Shown one piece after another: positions 13,190-25,899 of a stretch of DNA of 64,000 nucleotides. The stretch's first letter is position 1. Every line of letters starts with the position of its first letter. Under the pieces are notes generated by a model, which searched no databases, was not told where the DNA came from, and worked only from the letters and a program-made list of their open reading frames with translations. Location of the stretch: contig NC_043008.1 of NCBI RefSeq assembly GCF_006345805.1, forward strand, positions 70,494,001 to 70,558,000, written 5' to 3'. A program made the position numbers and the translations under genes. The stretch comes from Octopus sinensis. Taxonomy: Eukaryota.

Positions 13190-13330
13190 GTAGTGAAAAA
13201 AAATTTGGTCAAAGATATATTTCTTGAATTGTATAAACTCCCAGTTAATAAGCAAACCCTTATAAGATTCAGTCCCTACTATAATGAAAGTGTTTCGATT
13301 AAAATTTATCACATGTTCAGAAAAGTCGAA
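13190..13330 (+). mobile_element. Dispersed repeat, inverted homolog of 8160-8300
   Basis: Shared translation FIIVGTES[C/Y]KGLLINWEFIQFKK[D/Y]IFD in the ORF track. Confidence 0.8.
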
Positions 13331-14312
13331 TAGGTGGAAGTTCAATGCTTTAGAAAACATTTTGTGCAAATCTGAGTTAACTACCCATTTGGGTGTCAAA
13401 CTTGTGGAAGCTTATAATAGTGAGAAATAAAATACAGATTGCCAACATAATAGTGGGCTTAGCAATCAGTTAAAGAATTCGCATCCAGTCTACTGACGTG
13501 GCCTGTGATTCGAGACAGCTGAAAAGAAAACTGACGTTCTTTGTTGTTGCATCAACGAGGTCCATGAAAAGAGAATCAAAATTGCTAATGGACGACTTGC
13601 ACTTGATTGAGTGAAATATAACACGTGACAGAAAAAGAAAAAATAGCTTCACCATTCCATTTCTTTTTACATTAGCAACCGTTTCAGCTTAACAATGATA
13701 CTTTGTTGCGTGCATAAAATCGTAACTCCATTTATGTATAATGTTTTCAGTCAGAAATATATTTGTGAAACTGCCGTATGTGGGGTTTAGTACACTTTTA
13801 ATAAATGCTAAACCGTTGTACTGCACTTTGACAATTTTCATCAGAAGCAGCTGGAGATAAGATAGTTTGACCAAAAGAACCGGCTATTGCAAGCAAAATT
13901 AAATATTGAAAAAAAGGGCCAAATTTGGACATACGACAATATAACATGCATTGTGCATGTGCATATATAGATATGTGTGTGAACCTTTTTTGTGCGTGTG
14001 TGTTGTGTGCAAGTGTGTATGCTGGTAAGTGTATATATTTTTGGTGAATGTGTGGGTGAGTATGTGTGTGTTTCAAGTGAGGGTGGATGAGTATATACAT
14101 ATAGGCGCATGTACGTGAGTGTGCGGGCGCGCATGTGTATGTACGAGCATGTGCGCTTACGCGATTACTATGAACATTTTTACTCCCTTAACTTTAGTCC
14201 CTCCCCTTACTTAACGGTCATTCTAATAGCTCTTTTGTCTTAATAACGGTCAATCACACAGTAATTCCCCTTTGTTTTAACGGTCATTTTCATAGCATCT
14301 TTTCGATGGCCC

Positions 14313-14373
14313 GATAACTGAAGAGATACAGGCGTGGGTTTCCGCCCCGCCATCCGAAACTCGGAGTTTTATC
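14313..14373 (+). ncRNA. Type I hammerhead ribozyme motif, intact core, in a PLE-type repeat
   Basis: gataa-CTGAAGA-[gat..ggcg..cgcc.atc]-c-GAAAC-tcgg-aGTT-ttatc; predicted cleavage after 14368; second copy at 34876-34936. Confidence 0.75.
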
Positions 14374-14533
14374 ATGGCTACCGAATAATTGTCATATTAT
14401 ATTTATAGATAAATTCCTCTATTTACATAATATCGCAGATTATTAGTCTCACAATGCCTAAGCGATGTCGAGAATAAAGGAATTTTGTTAAATCGTAGTT
14501 CGACTCCATTCTTTCATTTATCTCTCTCTCTCT

Positions 14534-14573
<40 letters not shown>

Positions 14574-14620
14574 ATATATAATAATATATAATGTATTTGT
14601 ATTTATGTATATATATGTAT

Positions 14621-14671
<51 letters not shown>

Positions 14672-16238
14672 TATGTATATATATGAATGTGTGTGTATGT
14701 GTGTGTATGAATGTATATTTGGAATATATAACAAAGTATGAATAAGGTTTCTTTTTACTGAGGTGTACTTTTGTGTACATACAATTTACATTTTACTCAG
14801 TTCAAATTTGTTTTTATTTGATGTGTATTAACATTCCAATAGATTGACTTATCTCCTTTGATATTTTAAAATTTTGTTTCATATTCTTCAATTACTCATG
14901 CTTAACCAGATTCACATATTTTGACAGTAACTTTCAAATACTTTGAATTAACCAATCGAAACAACTAGAACCATGTAAAAACAGAAAAATCTTTAACTGG
15001 GTTAACCACAGACTTACGTAGTTGACAAGGATAAGAAAAAGAACAATATAACACCCATTCACTTCTTGATAGAAGAGTATACTTTTAGAAATTTTATCTG
15101 CAACAAAGATTTGTTTATTGAATACATTTATTATACAATTAAAAGTAAAATAAAAATGCACTTGAATCGGAACTTCAATAGACTTTAATTCATTGAAATG
15201 TTAAGAATAATATGAAAGCATTTGCAAACATGAAGAACTGACGAATGTCATGTTAACTCATCAGAAAATGGAATCTTCCAGACTCACGTTATTCATATGA
15301 AAACGAATAATACTTAAATTTGATGCTGAATTTCACCATTTTCCTCCCTTGGAATCAGAAAATACATTCCATGCAATTAAACGGAGCATTTAACCCGAGC
15401 CGGTTTTACGTAACGGAAGATAACTAAACACAAGATAACTTGTCCACCGATCTACAGATTCTGCCCAATCTGAACATAAAACATCGAAACTTTATTGCAT
15501 GCCAAAGCTATTTTGGCTCCGGCCCAACCAATTTCACCCACCACATCATTTATTATCATCTCAATATTTATCCCTTGTTTTGTTTTTATATTTTTCCACA
15601 AGGGAAATGGATGAGAGAACATTACAAGGGCGAAATACAGAAACAGTGGTGAGTAGATAGAATCGAGAAAGCAGGAAGTGTGATAATGGCTGTTGAGCTG
15701 GGTACAAAGCTAAAACTATTGATTGAATAGGAAAGTTGATATTAAAGTTGATATGGACACTAATATATGACTAGTATTTATAGAAGAAAACCTATGCGTA
15801 GTCATTCAAGCCTTTTAAAATGGCAGCCAAATTTCACGGAAGTTATTAAAAAATAGTTCCCGCTGGGTAATGTAGTCCTCGATGCACTGAATCTGTAAAA
15901 ACACTGACTGGTCATGGTTAGAACCATTTTTATCATAGATTCCTGGAACAAACCTGACCTTGGTAGTAAACAATGATGGGACGTCAAGATACAATAACTA
16001 ACAGCAACCCACCAAGAATTACATTTGTCATAACACCACTGATCGAAGTCTCAGAAATAGTGGATAAGATCACTTCGTCTTCAGTACCAGAAGCTGATAA
16101 CCAAAACTACCCACTTCACCGGCCACAACTTGCAGTACCATCAAGACACTAACAGTAACATTTCATCGAAATGTCAAAGGTGAGGATGCTAATTTGGGGC
16201 GTCATGAGTAAGAGTCAGTATATGTTTTGAACTTTGAA

Positions 16239-16272
<34 letters not shown>

Positions 16273-16439
16273 CGATCGTAATATCAATTTAAAATTCGCT
16301 TTCTCCATTGTATCAATAAAAGAAATTATTATTATTAGAGATGGCAAAATCGTTACCGTGCCAGACGACAAAATTTTTAGCAACATTCATTCCTATTATA
16401 GGCCATTCTATTATAGGCCTTGTGCCTATAATAGAAAGG

Positions 16440-16474
<35 letters not shown>

Positions 16475-16475
16475 G

Positions 16476-16650
16476 AAGGCGGCGAGCTGGTAGAATCGTC
16501 AGCACGCCGCGAAAAACGCTTAGCGATATTTCGTCTCTCTCTACGTTCTGTGTTTAAACTCTGCCGGGATACTGGGATTGATGTAATCGACTACCCCCCT
16601 CCCTCAAAAAATCGTGACTCTGTGTCAAAATTTGAGCCTATTATCATTGT
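16476..16650 (+). mobile_element. SINE family D monomer directly after (TAT)n
   Basis: aaggcggcgagctggtagaatcgtcagcacgcc head. Confidence 0.85.
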
Positions 16651-16734
16651 TGTTATTCTTACTTATTTATCCGGGGTTGACTTCGACTTTCATCCAATAT
16701 GAACATTTCTGAATGTTTGGGTGTCAATCTGAGG

Positions 16735-17362
16735 ACATGTGCTAAGAGTGATAAAAATCAAATATCCAGTCAACATCATGATATATGAAGTGATCACTAC
16801 TGATAGCGACGTTATGCTTACATTCATCTTCCCACACAGCCTTACACTCAGCATGGAGGCCTACAACAAGTGCCTGGAGGACATAATGCTGCTTGGTCAA
16901 GAGGGTGGCTGCTGGAAGACCCTATGTCTGTCACCAGGACTCTGCACCATGCCACACAAACAGGAGAGTCCAGTCATGGCTGTCAGACAATTTCTGCAAC
17001 TACATCACCCCTAACATCTGGCCGCCTACCTTCCCAGATTGCAACTCCCTTTATTTATTATGTGTGGGGGCACAGTTGAGTGAGATCCAACAAAACTCCT
17101 TGAAACACCAAATATGATCTGAAGGCAAGGATTATGGTAGCATTCATCAACTTAAACAAGAAAACAATCCAGAAGAATAGCAGAAGTCCTGAAGTCGTCT
17201 GGAGGCCGTGATTGAAGCCAATGGCGATTTTATTAAATGAATTTACTCTTTACCATTTCAAGATATTTCTATGTAATTTTGGCAAATATATTTGTTAAAT
17301 TGAGATGTCAGTGTTATTTTCATTTTTGCGTAATTTAGACGACAGTTTATTCACTGCACCCT

Positions 17363-17365
<3 letters not shown>
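16735..17365 (+). mobile_element. Tc1/mariner (maT/DD37D-like) 3' remnant with right TIR
   Basis: HQDSAPCHT...WLSDNF...IWPPTFPDCNSL; ends tcactgcaccctgTA. Confidence 0.8.
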
Positions 17366-17453
<88 letters not shown>

Positions 17454-17629
17454 AACACACACATGCACACATATACACGCATACACTTACATACATATAT
17501 ATATAATGCATACATACATGCGTACATATAAATATAAATGTACGTGTGCATGTATAATATTATATATATGTATATACGTGTATATATATATATATGCATA
17601 CATACGTACATACATACACACATATGCAC

Positions 17630-17660
<31 letters not shown>

Positions 17661-18050
17661 CATACTCACGTACAAAAATACATACACACATACATGCATA
17701 TATATATATAATATATATATAATTATATATATATATGTTCATTTACGCAAAGTTTGGAACTCGTACAACTCATTGAAAAAATATATATGAATATTGAAAC
17801 ATTGAAAGCGAACTAAAACATACATATACACAAATGCACTGTGACATACACACACTATTAAAAACATACATTACATACATATATATATATTTATATGTAT
17901 ATGTGTATATATATGTATGCATATAAGTATATATATGTGTACATATACGTATATATATACATATATATATATATATGTGTGTGTAAACATATACGTATAT
18001 GTATGTATGTATATACATACATGCATACATTCATACTTACGTACATACAC
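17366..18050. repeat. Compound (CA)n/(TA)n/(CATA)n microsatellite
   Basis: Direct reading. Confidence 0.9.
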
Positions 18051-18919
18051 ATGCAGGATTGGTTACGTATAAACAGGAAATGTGAAGGAAATAAATGGAA
18101 AGATTTCTGAACAGAAGAGTAAAAAAGCAAGAATACGAAAAGAATTAGAGAAAGAAAAAAATGTATATTTGGTTGAGTGGAAACAATTCTGTTGTTTGAG
18201 AAAAGCGACATTAAAAGTGTTTAAAGTATATTTTCACTTTTGTAGGAATAATGGCAGATGTTGTAGTTGAGAAAGGAAGATAATGTTGTTTTATCTAGCT
18301 TTATAAACTGATATTTACTATTCCATCGTATGAAAGATGTAATTTTTTTGCGTTCTGTGAATGATTATGCATAGAACTGTACAACACAATACAACTACAA
18401 TGCACACACATGTGCACATGACCACACACACACACACACATGTTTATATATATATGTGTGTGTGTGCGTATACAGAGAGCGAGAGAGAGAGAGAGAGACA
18501 GACAGACACTGAGGGAGAGAGCAATATATATGCATATACAGCATATATATGTGTACACACACGCATACATACATATGATATAAACAGTTACATATTTATA
18601 TATATATATATATATATACACACGAGTGTGCACATATGCGCGTGCATGTGCGTGTGTGTACGAAGCGGCAACACACGTATTGTCCTCATGTGTCATACTC
18701 AGTCGGGTCCTTGGCGCCCATTTCTATCTATTGCGATAAAATGGGTGTGGTTCTGTTGGAAGTAATCCTTACTGTAAGTGGGACCCCACGTTCCCTCGTC
18801 CTAAGAGAGAATGTGAAAAATCAACCCCAGTATTCGACTGGTACATTATGTTTTGTTTGCCCGGTAGGATGATAGTGGAACTTCGGTGTGATTTGATCTC
18901 AGAATTCTTTGACTCTTTT

Positions 18920-19143
18920 ATTCTTTTACTTTTTACAGTTATTTGACTGCGGCCATGCTGGAGAACCGCTTTTAGCCGAGCAAAACGACCCCAGGACTTA
19001 TTTATTGTAAACCTACTACTTATTCTATCGGTCTCTAGTTACGGGGACATAAACACACCAGCATCGGTTGTCAAGCAATGTTAGGTGGACAAACACAGAC
19101 ACACAAACATATACATACATACATACATACATACATACATACA

Positions 19144-19179
<36 letters not shown>

Positions 19180-19350
19180 TATACATACACATATATACGA
19201 CGAGCTTCTTTCAGTTTCCGTCTACCTGATCCACTCACAAGGTTTTGGTCGGCCCGAGGCTATAGTAGAAGACACTTGCCCAAGGTGTCACGCTGTCGGA
19301 CTGTACCCAGAACCATGTAGTTGGTAAACAAGCTACTTACCACACAGCCA
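18920..19350 (-). mobile_element. SINE family A, full length, internal (CATA)n
   Basis: Both halves present; colinear with 20165-20567. Confidence 0.9.
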
Positions 19351-19414
19351 CTATATGAATGGAAAATTACTTTAAAGCATTTAAACAATTGTGTAAGTTC
19401 TGTGTCTTTCTTTT

Positions 19415-19458
<44 letters not shown>

Positions 19459-20164
19459 TTCTTTCTTTCTTTCTTTCTCATATGCACACATACATATCCA
19501 CATACATATACGCATTCTTATGCCTGCGCATACACACGTTTATGCATATATGCACACACTTATATACATATATAAATGTACACACATTTTTGCCTCACTA
19601 CAGTACATAATGCATTCATTAGCAAATAACCTTACACACACGCACTTAAAACACACACAGGTTTTATATCACTAGAATACAACGCATGTACACGAACACG
19701 CACACACGTACACGCACACACGTACACGTGCATACACATACACACACACATAATTCACATACAAACACATTTTTAAAGTCACGCATAGGTTTCATATCAC
19801 TATGGCGAATATACGCCCACGCTCACGTAGACAATCACACACGATAAACATTCACTATGCAGATGGTTTGTCTCTTTTATAATCCAACCATATTGGAGAA
19901 AGTTAAAGTCCCTGCCACGGTCGATTGCTTTGTCGTGAAAGTTACCTCTAGAAACAAACGTAGTTCTAAATTATTCATTATTCCTTACAATCATTCGCCG
20001 TGCCTCTTTAGGTTTTTGCATTTCGAATAAGACAAGATACATTTCGTTGAGTTAAAGTGAATTTTATTGCAATATTGCTAAAGTCTTTCAGAATTTAATT
20101 CGAGCACTCAAATGCCTGGATAGTCAATAGTTAACCCGGGTGAAAAAAAAAAAAAAAAAATATA

Positions 20165-20326
20165 GTTGCAGGCGTTGTAGTGTGGTAAGACGCTTGCTTC
20201 CCAACCACATGGTTTCGGGTTCAGTCCCACTGTGTAGCATCTTGAACAAGTGTCTTCTATTATAGCCTCGGGCCGACTAAAGCCTTGTGAGTGGATTTGG
20301 CAAACAGAAACTGCAAGAAGTCCGTC

Positions 20327-20364
<38 letters not shown>

Positions 20365-20567
20365 GTTTATGTGTCTGTGTTTATCCGCCCACCATCGCTT
20401 GACAACCAATGTTGGTGTGTTTATGTCCCCGTAATTTAGAGGCTTAGCAAAAGAAGACTGATAGAATAAGTACTAGACTTACAAAGAATAAGACCTGGTG
20501 TCGATTTGTTCGACTAAAGGCGGTGTTCCAGCATGGCCGCAGTCAAATGACTGAAACAAGTAAAAGA
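20165..20567 (+). mobile_element. SINE family A, full length, internal (TA)n
   Basis: Head gtgtggtaagacgcttgc...gggttcagtccc; tail ggccgcagtcaaatgactgaaacaagtaaaaga. Confidence 0.92.
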
Positions 20568-20599
20568 AAAAATGAAAGAAAAAACAAAAAAACAAACGA

Positions 20600-21440
20600 A
20601 AATTAAATCATTCGATTGATAAAAAAATCTAATTGATTTGACTAATGCAAAACTGATTTGATTGATGCAAAACTAACAGATTAGATTAGCACAAAGCTAA
20701 ATGATTCGAACGAAATAAAACAAAAAAGATTCAATTGATACAAAACTGAATGATTTGAATGATACAAAAATTATGATTCGAGTGATACAAAGCAAATTGA
20801 TACGATTGATGTAAAACTAACTGAATCGTTCGATACAAAACTAAATGTTTCAATTGATACAAAACTGAATGATTCGATTGATACAATAACTAAATGACTT
20901 GATTGTTGCAAAACTGACTGATTCGATTAATACTAAACTGAATGATTTGATTGACACAAAACTGAATGATTTGATTGGTACAAAAGTAAATGCTTCAACT
21001 GATACAAAACTGAATGATTCGATTGATAGAAACCTGATTCGTTTGATCGAAAACTGATTCGATTCATACGAAACTAAATGATTAGATTGATACAAAACTG
21101 AATGACCTGATTAATACAAAGTAAATTGATTCACTTTACACAAAGCTAAATGATTCGATTGATTAAATCATTTGATTGATAGAAAACTAAATGGTTAGAT
21201 TGAAACAAAAAGAAAATTGATTCAAGTGACACAAAATTGACTGAATAACCTCATAAAAAATTAATTGATTCGATTGATATAGAAAATTGATTTCAATTTA
21301 TGCAAAACTAAATGACTCAGATGACACGAAACTGACTGATTCGATTGATAGAAAACTAACTGATTCGACTGATAAAAAAATATTCGATTAATACAAAACT
21401 AAATGGTTCGATTGGGATAAAACTATCTGAACTAACTGAT
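20600..21440. repeat. Degenerate minisatellite, unit about 20-24 bp (ttgatacaaaactgaatgattcga)
   Basis: Recurrent gatacaaaactgaatgattcgatt; 8-residue periodicity (IKSFSFVS) in ORF 20850-21095. Confidence 0.85.
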
Positions 21441-21527
21441 TCCACTGTCGCAGTCAATTATGTATCGATTTCCTCGTGGCCAACAGCTGCATATCTATCG
21501 GTCATTGGGAATTTTGTCTCTTCGATT

Positions 21528-21568
21528 CGTCTGATGAAGTGAATAAAACTGAAGCATATATTTAACGT
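21528..21568 (+). ncRNA. Weak hammerhead-like motif
   Basis: CTGATGA-agt-gaataaa-act-GAAGC-atat; GAAA altered, poor stem I. Confidence 0.3.
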
Positions 21569-21795
21569 AGGAGCCAAACACAAGGTTGTTAGGTAATATC
21601 AAGCATTTTTTCATCTAATAAATAAATATATCTACAACTAAATTAATTTCAGTTCTTTAACTACTTAAATAATTAATTCAAATGAGTAAAAGATTGAAGC
21701 AATGAGTAGATGGAAAGTATGAAAATATAAAAATATGTTTTCTTAAGAGAATGCATGGTTCGAACGAAAATAGCCAGGAATATGGATAATATTCT

Positions 21796-22131
21796 GAGAC
21801 CCCCTTCTGTCACGACACTGACTATGGGATTGCACCTAGAAAGTTACCCTCCGAGGCACAAGTCCGGGCAAGGTTGTTTATGGAAGACCAGCAGTCACCC
21901 ATGCATACCGGCCTCCCCTCTCCACGCCACCAGTGTTATCCAAGGGAAAGGCAAAGACCGATACAGCTTAGCACCAGTGACATCGCAACTCATTTCTACA
22001 GCTGAGTGATCTGGAGCAACGTGAAATAAAGTGTCTTCCTCAAGAACACAACACGCAACCCGGTCCGGGATTCGAGCTCACAACCTCACGATAGTAAGCT
22101 CGACGCTCTAACCACAGAGCCATGCGCCTTA
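21796..22131 (-). mobile_element. SINE family C, full length
   Basis: Head aaggcgcatggctctgtggttagagcgtcgagc...gagctcgaatccc. Confidence 0.92.
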
Positions 22132-22540
22132 CGTGGATAATATAATAAATAAATAAATGAATAAGCAAACGACAGAATAGGCAGGAGCAAGAAATCGTAA
22201 ATTCATGCGGGAAGAACACGTGTGTTGGATGTTGACGGGTAAATACTTTGAAACGTAAATGAATAAAAGTGAATAGAAAGTTTTGTTGTAAAATCCTAAA
22301 TTTATAAAAAAGAAAAAGTAATAAATAAGAAAAAAGAAGGAAAATCATAATAACAAGTTTTTTAGTTGCATTCTTATTGAATAACGGTGATGGGATATAA
22401 ATGGCGGATATAAAGTTTCGTGAAGGTACGATAGTACACAAGGGCAAAACTCGGTTTGGATAGAAAGTGATAGTTGTATTTGAGTTAGTAAAATGCTATG
22501 AGTAGGTAAATAATGATGAATATGATGATGATGATGATAA

Positions 22541-22731
22541 TGGTTTCAAAAATTGGTACAAGGTCAGCAATTTGGTACATCGATCCCAGTGTTCAACTGG
22601 CACTCGTTTTATCGACTCCGAAAGGATGAAAGGTAAAGTCGACTCCGGCGGAATTTGAACTCAGAACGTGAAGATGAACGAGATGCCTTTGGACATTTCG
22701 TTTGACGTGCTAACGATTCTGCCAGCTCACC
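22541..22731 (-). mobile_element. SINE family D monomer between (GAT)n and (AAT)n
   Basis: ggtgagctggcagaatcgttagcacg head; gactttacctttcatcctttcgg body. Confidence 0.85.
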
Positions 22732-22761
22732 GAATAATAATAATGATAATAATAATAATAA

Positions 22762-22796
<35 letters not shown>

Positions 22797-22810
22797 TAAT
22801 GATGATGATG

Positions 22811-23880
22811 CTAAATCTGAATCCGGATATAAGTACCTGGGAATTCTCGAGGCAGATTGAATTAAGCATGATGATACAAAAGAAAATACAAAGAAAGAAT
22901 ATCTGTGACAGCTGAGAAAGATATTGGAATCAAAGTTGAAACCGGAAACATAGCTTCGGCAATAAACTTACGTGCAGTTGCAGTGGTTCGTTATCGAGCT
23001 GGAATTCTGACATGATCAGATGACGAGTTAAAGGCGTTGGACAGGAAGACAAAAAAGCTCCTGGCCATGAATGGAGCCCATCATCAACATGCAGACATTG
23101 ATCATCAATACATGAAGAGAGCAATTAAAGGAAGGGGACTGATAAGTGTGGAATACTGCGTGCTTATTGAACATGAGAACTTGCTGAGATATCTAACCCA
23201 AAGCGAGGAAAGCTTGTTTGTTGTAGTTAAAGATGAGGGAATACTGAAAGCAGGACAAAAAACAGAACAAAATAAGAAGTACAAAAACGACACGAAGAAG
23301 CATTATGCAACAAAGACTACACAACCAATTCAATGTAGCCACAACTGAAATTGCTGGAGAACATAGAAGGCATTGACTAGAAAAAGGAACACTTATAAAG
23401 AAGACTGAGAGCACTATCCTTGCAGCACAAGACCAAGTTTTGGCCACAAATTGGCGGGTCAACCTTAGAAATAAGCAAGTGTTTCTATTGTGTCGAATGG
23501 ATTTGGTGTCGAATGGATTTGATGTCGAATGGATTTGATGAAATATTGTTCATATTGTGAATGAATCTACTTGACACCCAAAACTACTATAGGCTGTGGC
23601 GATATGATGAGGTAGCAAAAGTTCTGCATTAGAAATTGTGTTAAAAGTGTGGGTTAGAGAACGGTAAAGCATGGTATGACTGCAAACAACAGAGAGTGAT
23701 TGGGTCGGATACTCGCAGAATTCTCCATGATTTCCCAATTCAAACGGACCAGGCACTTGAACTCAACAACCCCGACCTAGTTGTAGTGGACAAAGTAAAA
23801 TGCCTGTACTCGATAATTGATGTTGCATATCCATTTGATTCATGGATAGTTACGAACGAAGGCGAGAAAGTAGACGACGA
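22811..23880 (+). mobile_element. R4/Dong-type non-LTR retrotransposon remnant (RT C-terminus, Zn-finger region, restriction-like endonuclease)
   Basis: YKYLGILEAD...LDRKTKKLLAMNGAHH...GRGLISVE; TESTILAAQDQVL; ILHDFPIQTD...NNPDLVVVDK...IIDVAYPFD (PD-D/ExK type). Confidence 0.85.
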
Positions 23881-23895
23881 CAATCCTCCTCTCTA

Positions 23896-24720
23896 AAACC
23901 AACTTAATTTTTTCATATTTTTCCTTTGGAGTTGTTGAGTGGCTAAGTGGGACAGAGCCATAAAAATTTCCGTTGTGCAAAAATACACATTTTAGACTAC
24001 GCTTAGAGGTGTCTATGAAAAGACGCCATTCCTCTGGTTTGTATTCCTCAATGCCAGACTTATTAAGAAGCCCAATAACATCTTTGCGGTAAACCAGCTC
24101 TTCCTCTTTTGTGAAGAAAGAAAGGAACTCTTCATGTCGAATTCGATAAAATGTTATACGGAGAACAGTTCTCTAGAAGATTCTCCACTTTCAGTCGGGA
24201 AGCCAACTGTTCTGCAGAATTTTGGGGGATGTTTCTAACTGGGAGAATAACTGGGGCAAAGTCTCAACTGAAAAGTCTTGATCTCTAATGTCATTTTCAG
24301 GGGATGAATCTTCTTTGGTTGAGGGTAAAGTTGTCTGAGGCAAGACATTGAAGACAGGAACAAGAAGCTCTTTACTGTGTGGGACCGGTCTAATAGTAGA
24401 AGCAAGATTAGGATAGAAGAGCGTTTGTCAATTTTTTTGGTTAATACTCTTCAAAGTTAGGTTACAAAAATAGCAGTCATCCACATGATTATAGAGCTCC
24501 CGCCATACCATTGGCATAGCAAACCTCATACTTTTCCTTCTCCCTTTAGTCCATTGTCGCAAATGTTTTGTACATTGTTTGCAGACACTATCACTCAGCT
24601 TGATCCCAAAATACGCCATATATACTCTTTCAACAAAATCAGTGGTGTTATTTACGATTTTCATATAATCTGTATTTTCCACGAACGTAACGAAACACAT
24701 TTGGAGAATTAATGCAACAC
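23896..24720 (-). mobile_element. DNA transposon remnant, Cys-rich N-terminus plus WRLFID..K.SLK..LHNGN block; superfamily not assigned
   Basis: AYFGIKL..VCKQC..LRQW..G...MPMVWRE..NHVDDCYFC (ORF 24428-24700) and EWRLFIDTSKRSLKCVFLHNGNFYGSVPLSHS near 23930-24030. Confidence 0.75.
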
Positions 24721-25899
24721 TTTCTTGAAGGAGACATCTTGCTCATTTTCTAAAAAAAACCTTAGAATTAGAATATGATGCACACATACGTAATGACTAT
24801 AGAATAAGGTACACATGTCACGCACATATGGTTGTGATGCACGTGTCTGGTGAAACTTTATCAGACAGGTAGTCATGACGAGTATTTTGGGCTTTGTATA
24901 TTTGTATCCCAGTATCACATTGATGGCATGTGCTGCTCTCTCACTCACTCAATAATAATAATAATAATAATGACGATGATGATGATAAAACGACAGATAA
25001 AGATAAACGAGATAAACAGAGAGAAGAGCTTGATGTGTTTGTATTTCAGATTTTATTTCTCAAATGTCTAGCTAATGGAGGAAGAGTCGGTTTCTAACCT
25101 AATAACATGGCTTTCTCTCTCTCTCTCTCATTGGAAGTTAAACATCAAGTATTAGTTATGTCTGTCTGTCTCTCTGTATGAATGTTAGTTTATTTAATTT
25201 CACTTTTCATACATTGCTAGTCATATGTGGATCTTTATCTTTTATCTTTTATTTATTTCAGTCATTTGTCTGCGGTCATGCTGGAGCACCGCCTAGTAAA
25301 ATCTGCCCTGGGTGAGGATCTGTGTGTAATTGTTTTGCATGCTCACACATACATGCATTTGCATGTTTAAACGTGTGCCTAAGAGCTTATCACATACTAA
25401 ACTTGTAATTCGCATGCACACACACAAACAAATACACACACACGCACACAAAGCCACGAAAAATTGCATATATTTGTGTTGTGAACTACGAAAAGTTCTT
25501 TTGTACAGGGCAAAAATAATTTCTTTAGGATTCTAGCTGATATCGTGGATAGTTTTATTCTTGCGTAGATGTAGCGTAGATGTATATTTTATTTAATTTG
25601 GTTTCTGTTATGTCTGCCGATTGAATACTGGTAAACAGATATATAGTGTCAACTTCGTTGGTATATTTGGTGATTTTAAAGAACTTCTCAGATGACAGTA
25701 AAATGAATTGTTGTGCCTTTGTATATTTGTTTGCAGTATTATGGATGGAGGACGAATTGTTTTGTTTGTGTATTTAATTCTTCCGTAGATTTGTGCTTGG
25801 GTTGATTCTCTTTGAATCCAAGACAAAAAACAAACAAAAACCCCCCAAAAACCCCATTAGTGCGTTGAACGCTGTAATTAGTTTATTTAATTTCACTTT

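Noticed and set aside
16035-16088. Minus-strand CTGAAGA followed by a cgaagt/acttcg stem
   Set aside because: No GAAA core or cleavage triplet follows, so it was not counted as a hammerhead.
20600-21440. Regularly repeated 24-mers as a CRISPR-like array
   Set aside because: Units are adjacent and degenerate with no unique spacers, the context is eukaryotic, and there are no cas genes.
23491-23540. 16-bp unit gtgtcgaatggatttg repeated three times
   Set aside because: Local slippage inside a dead LINE; no independent significance.
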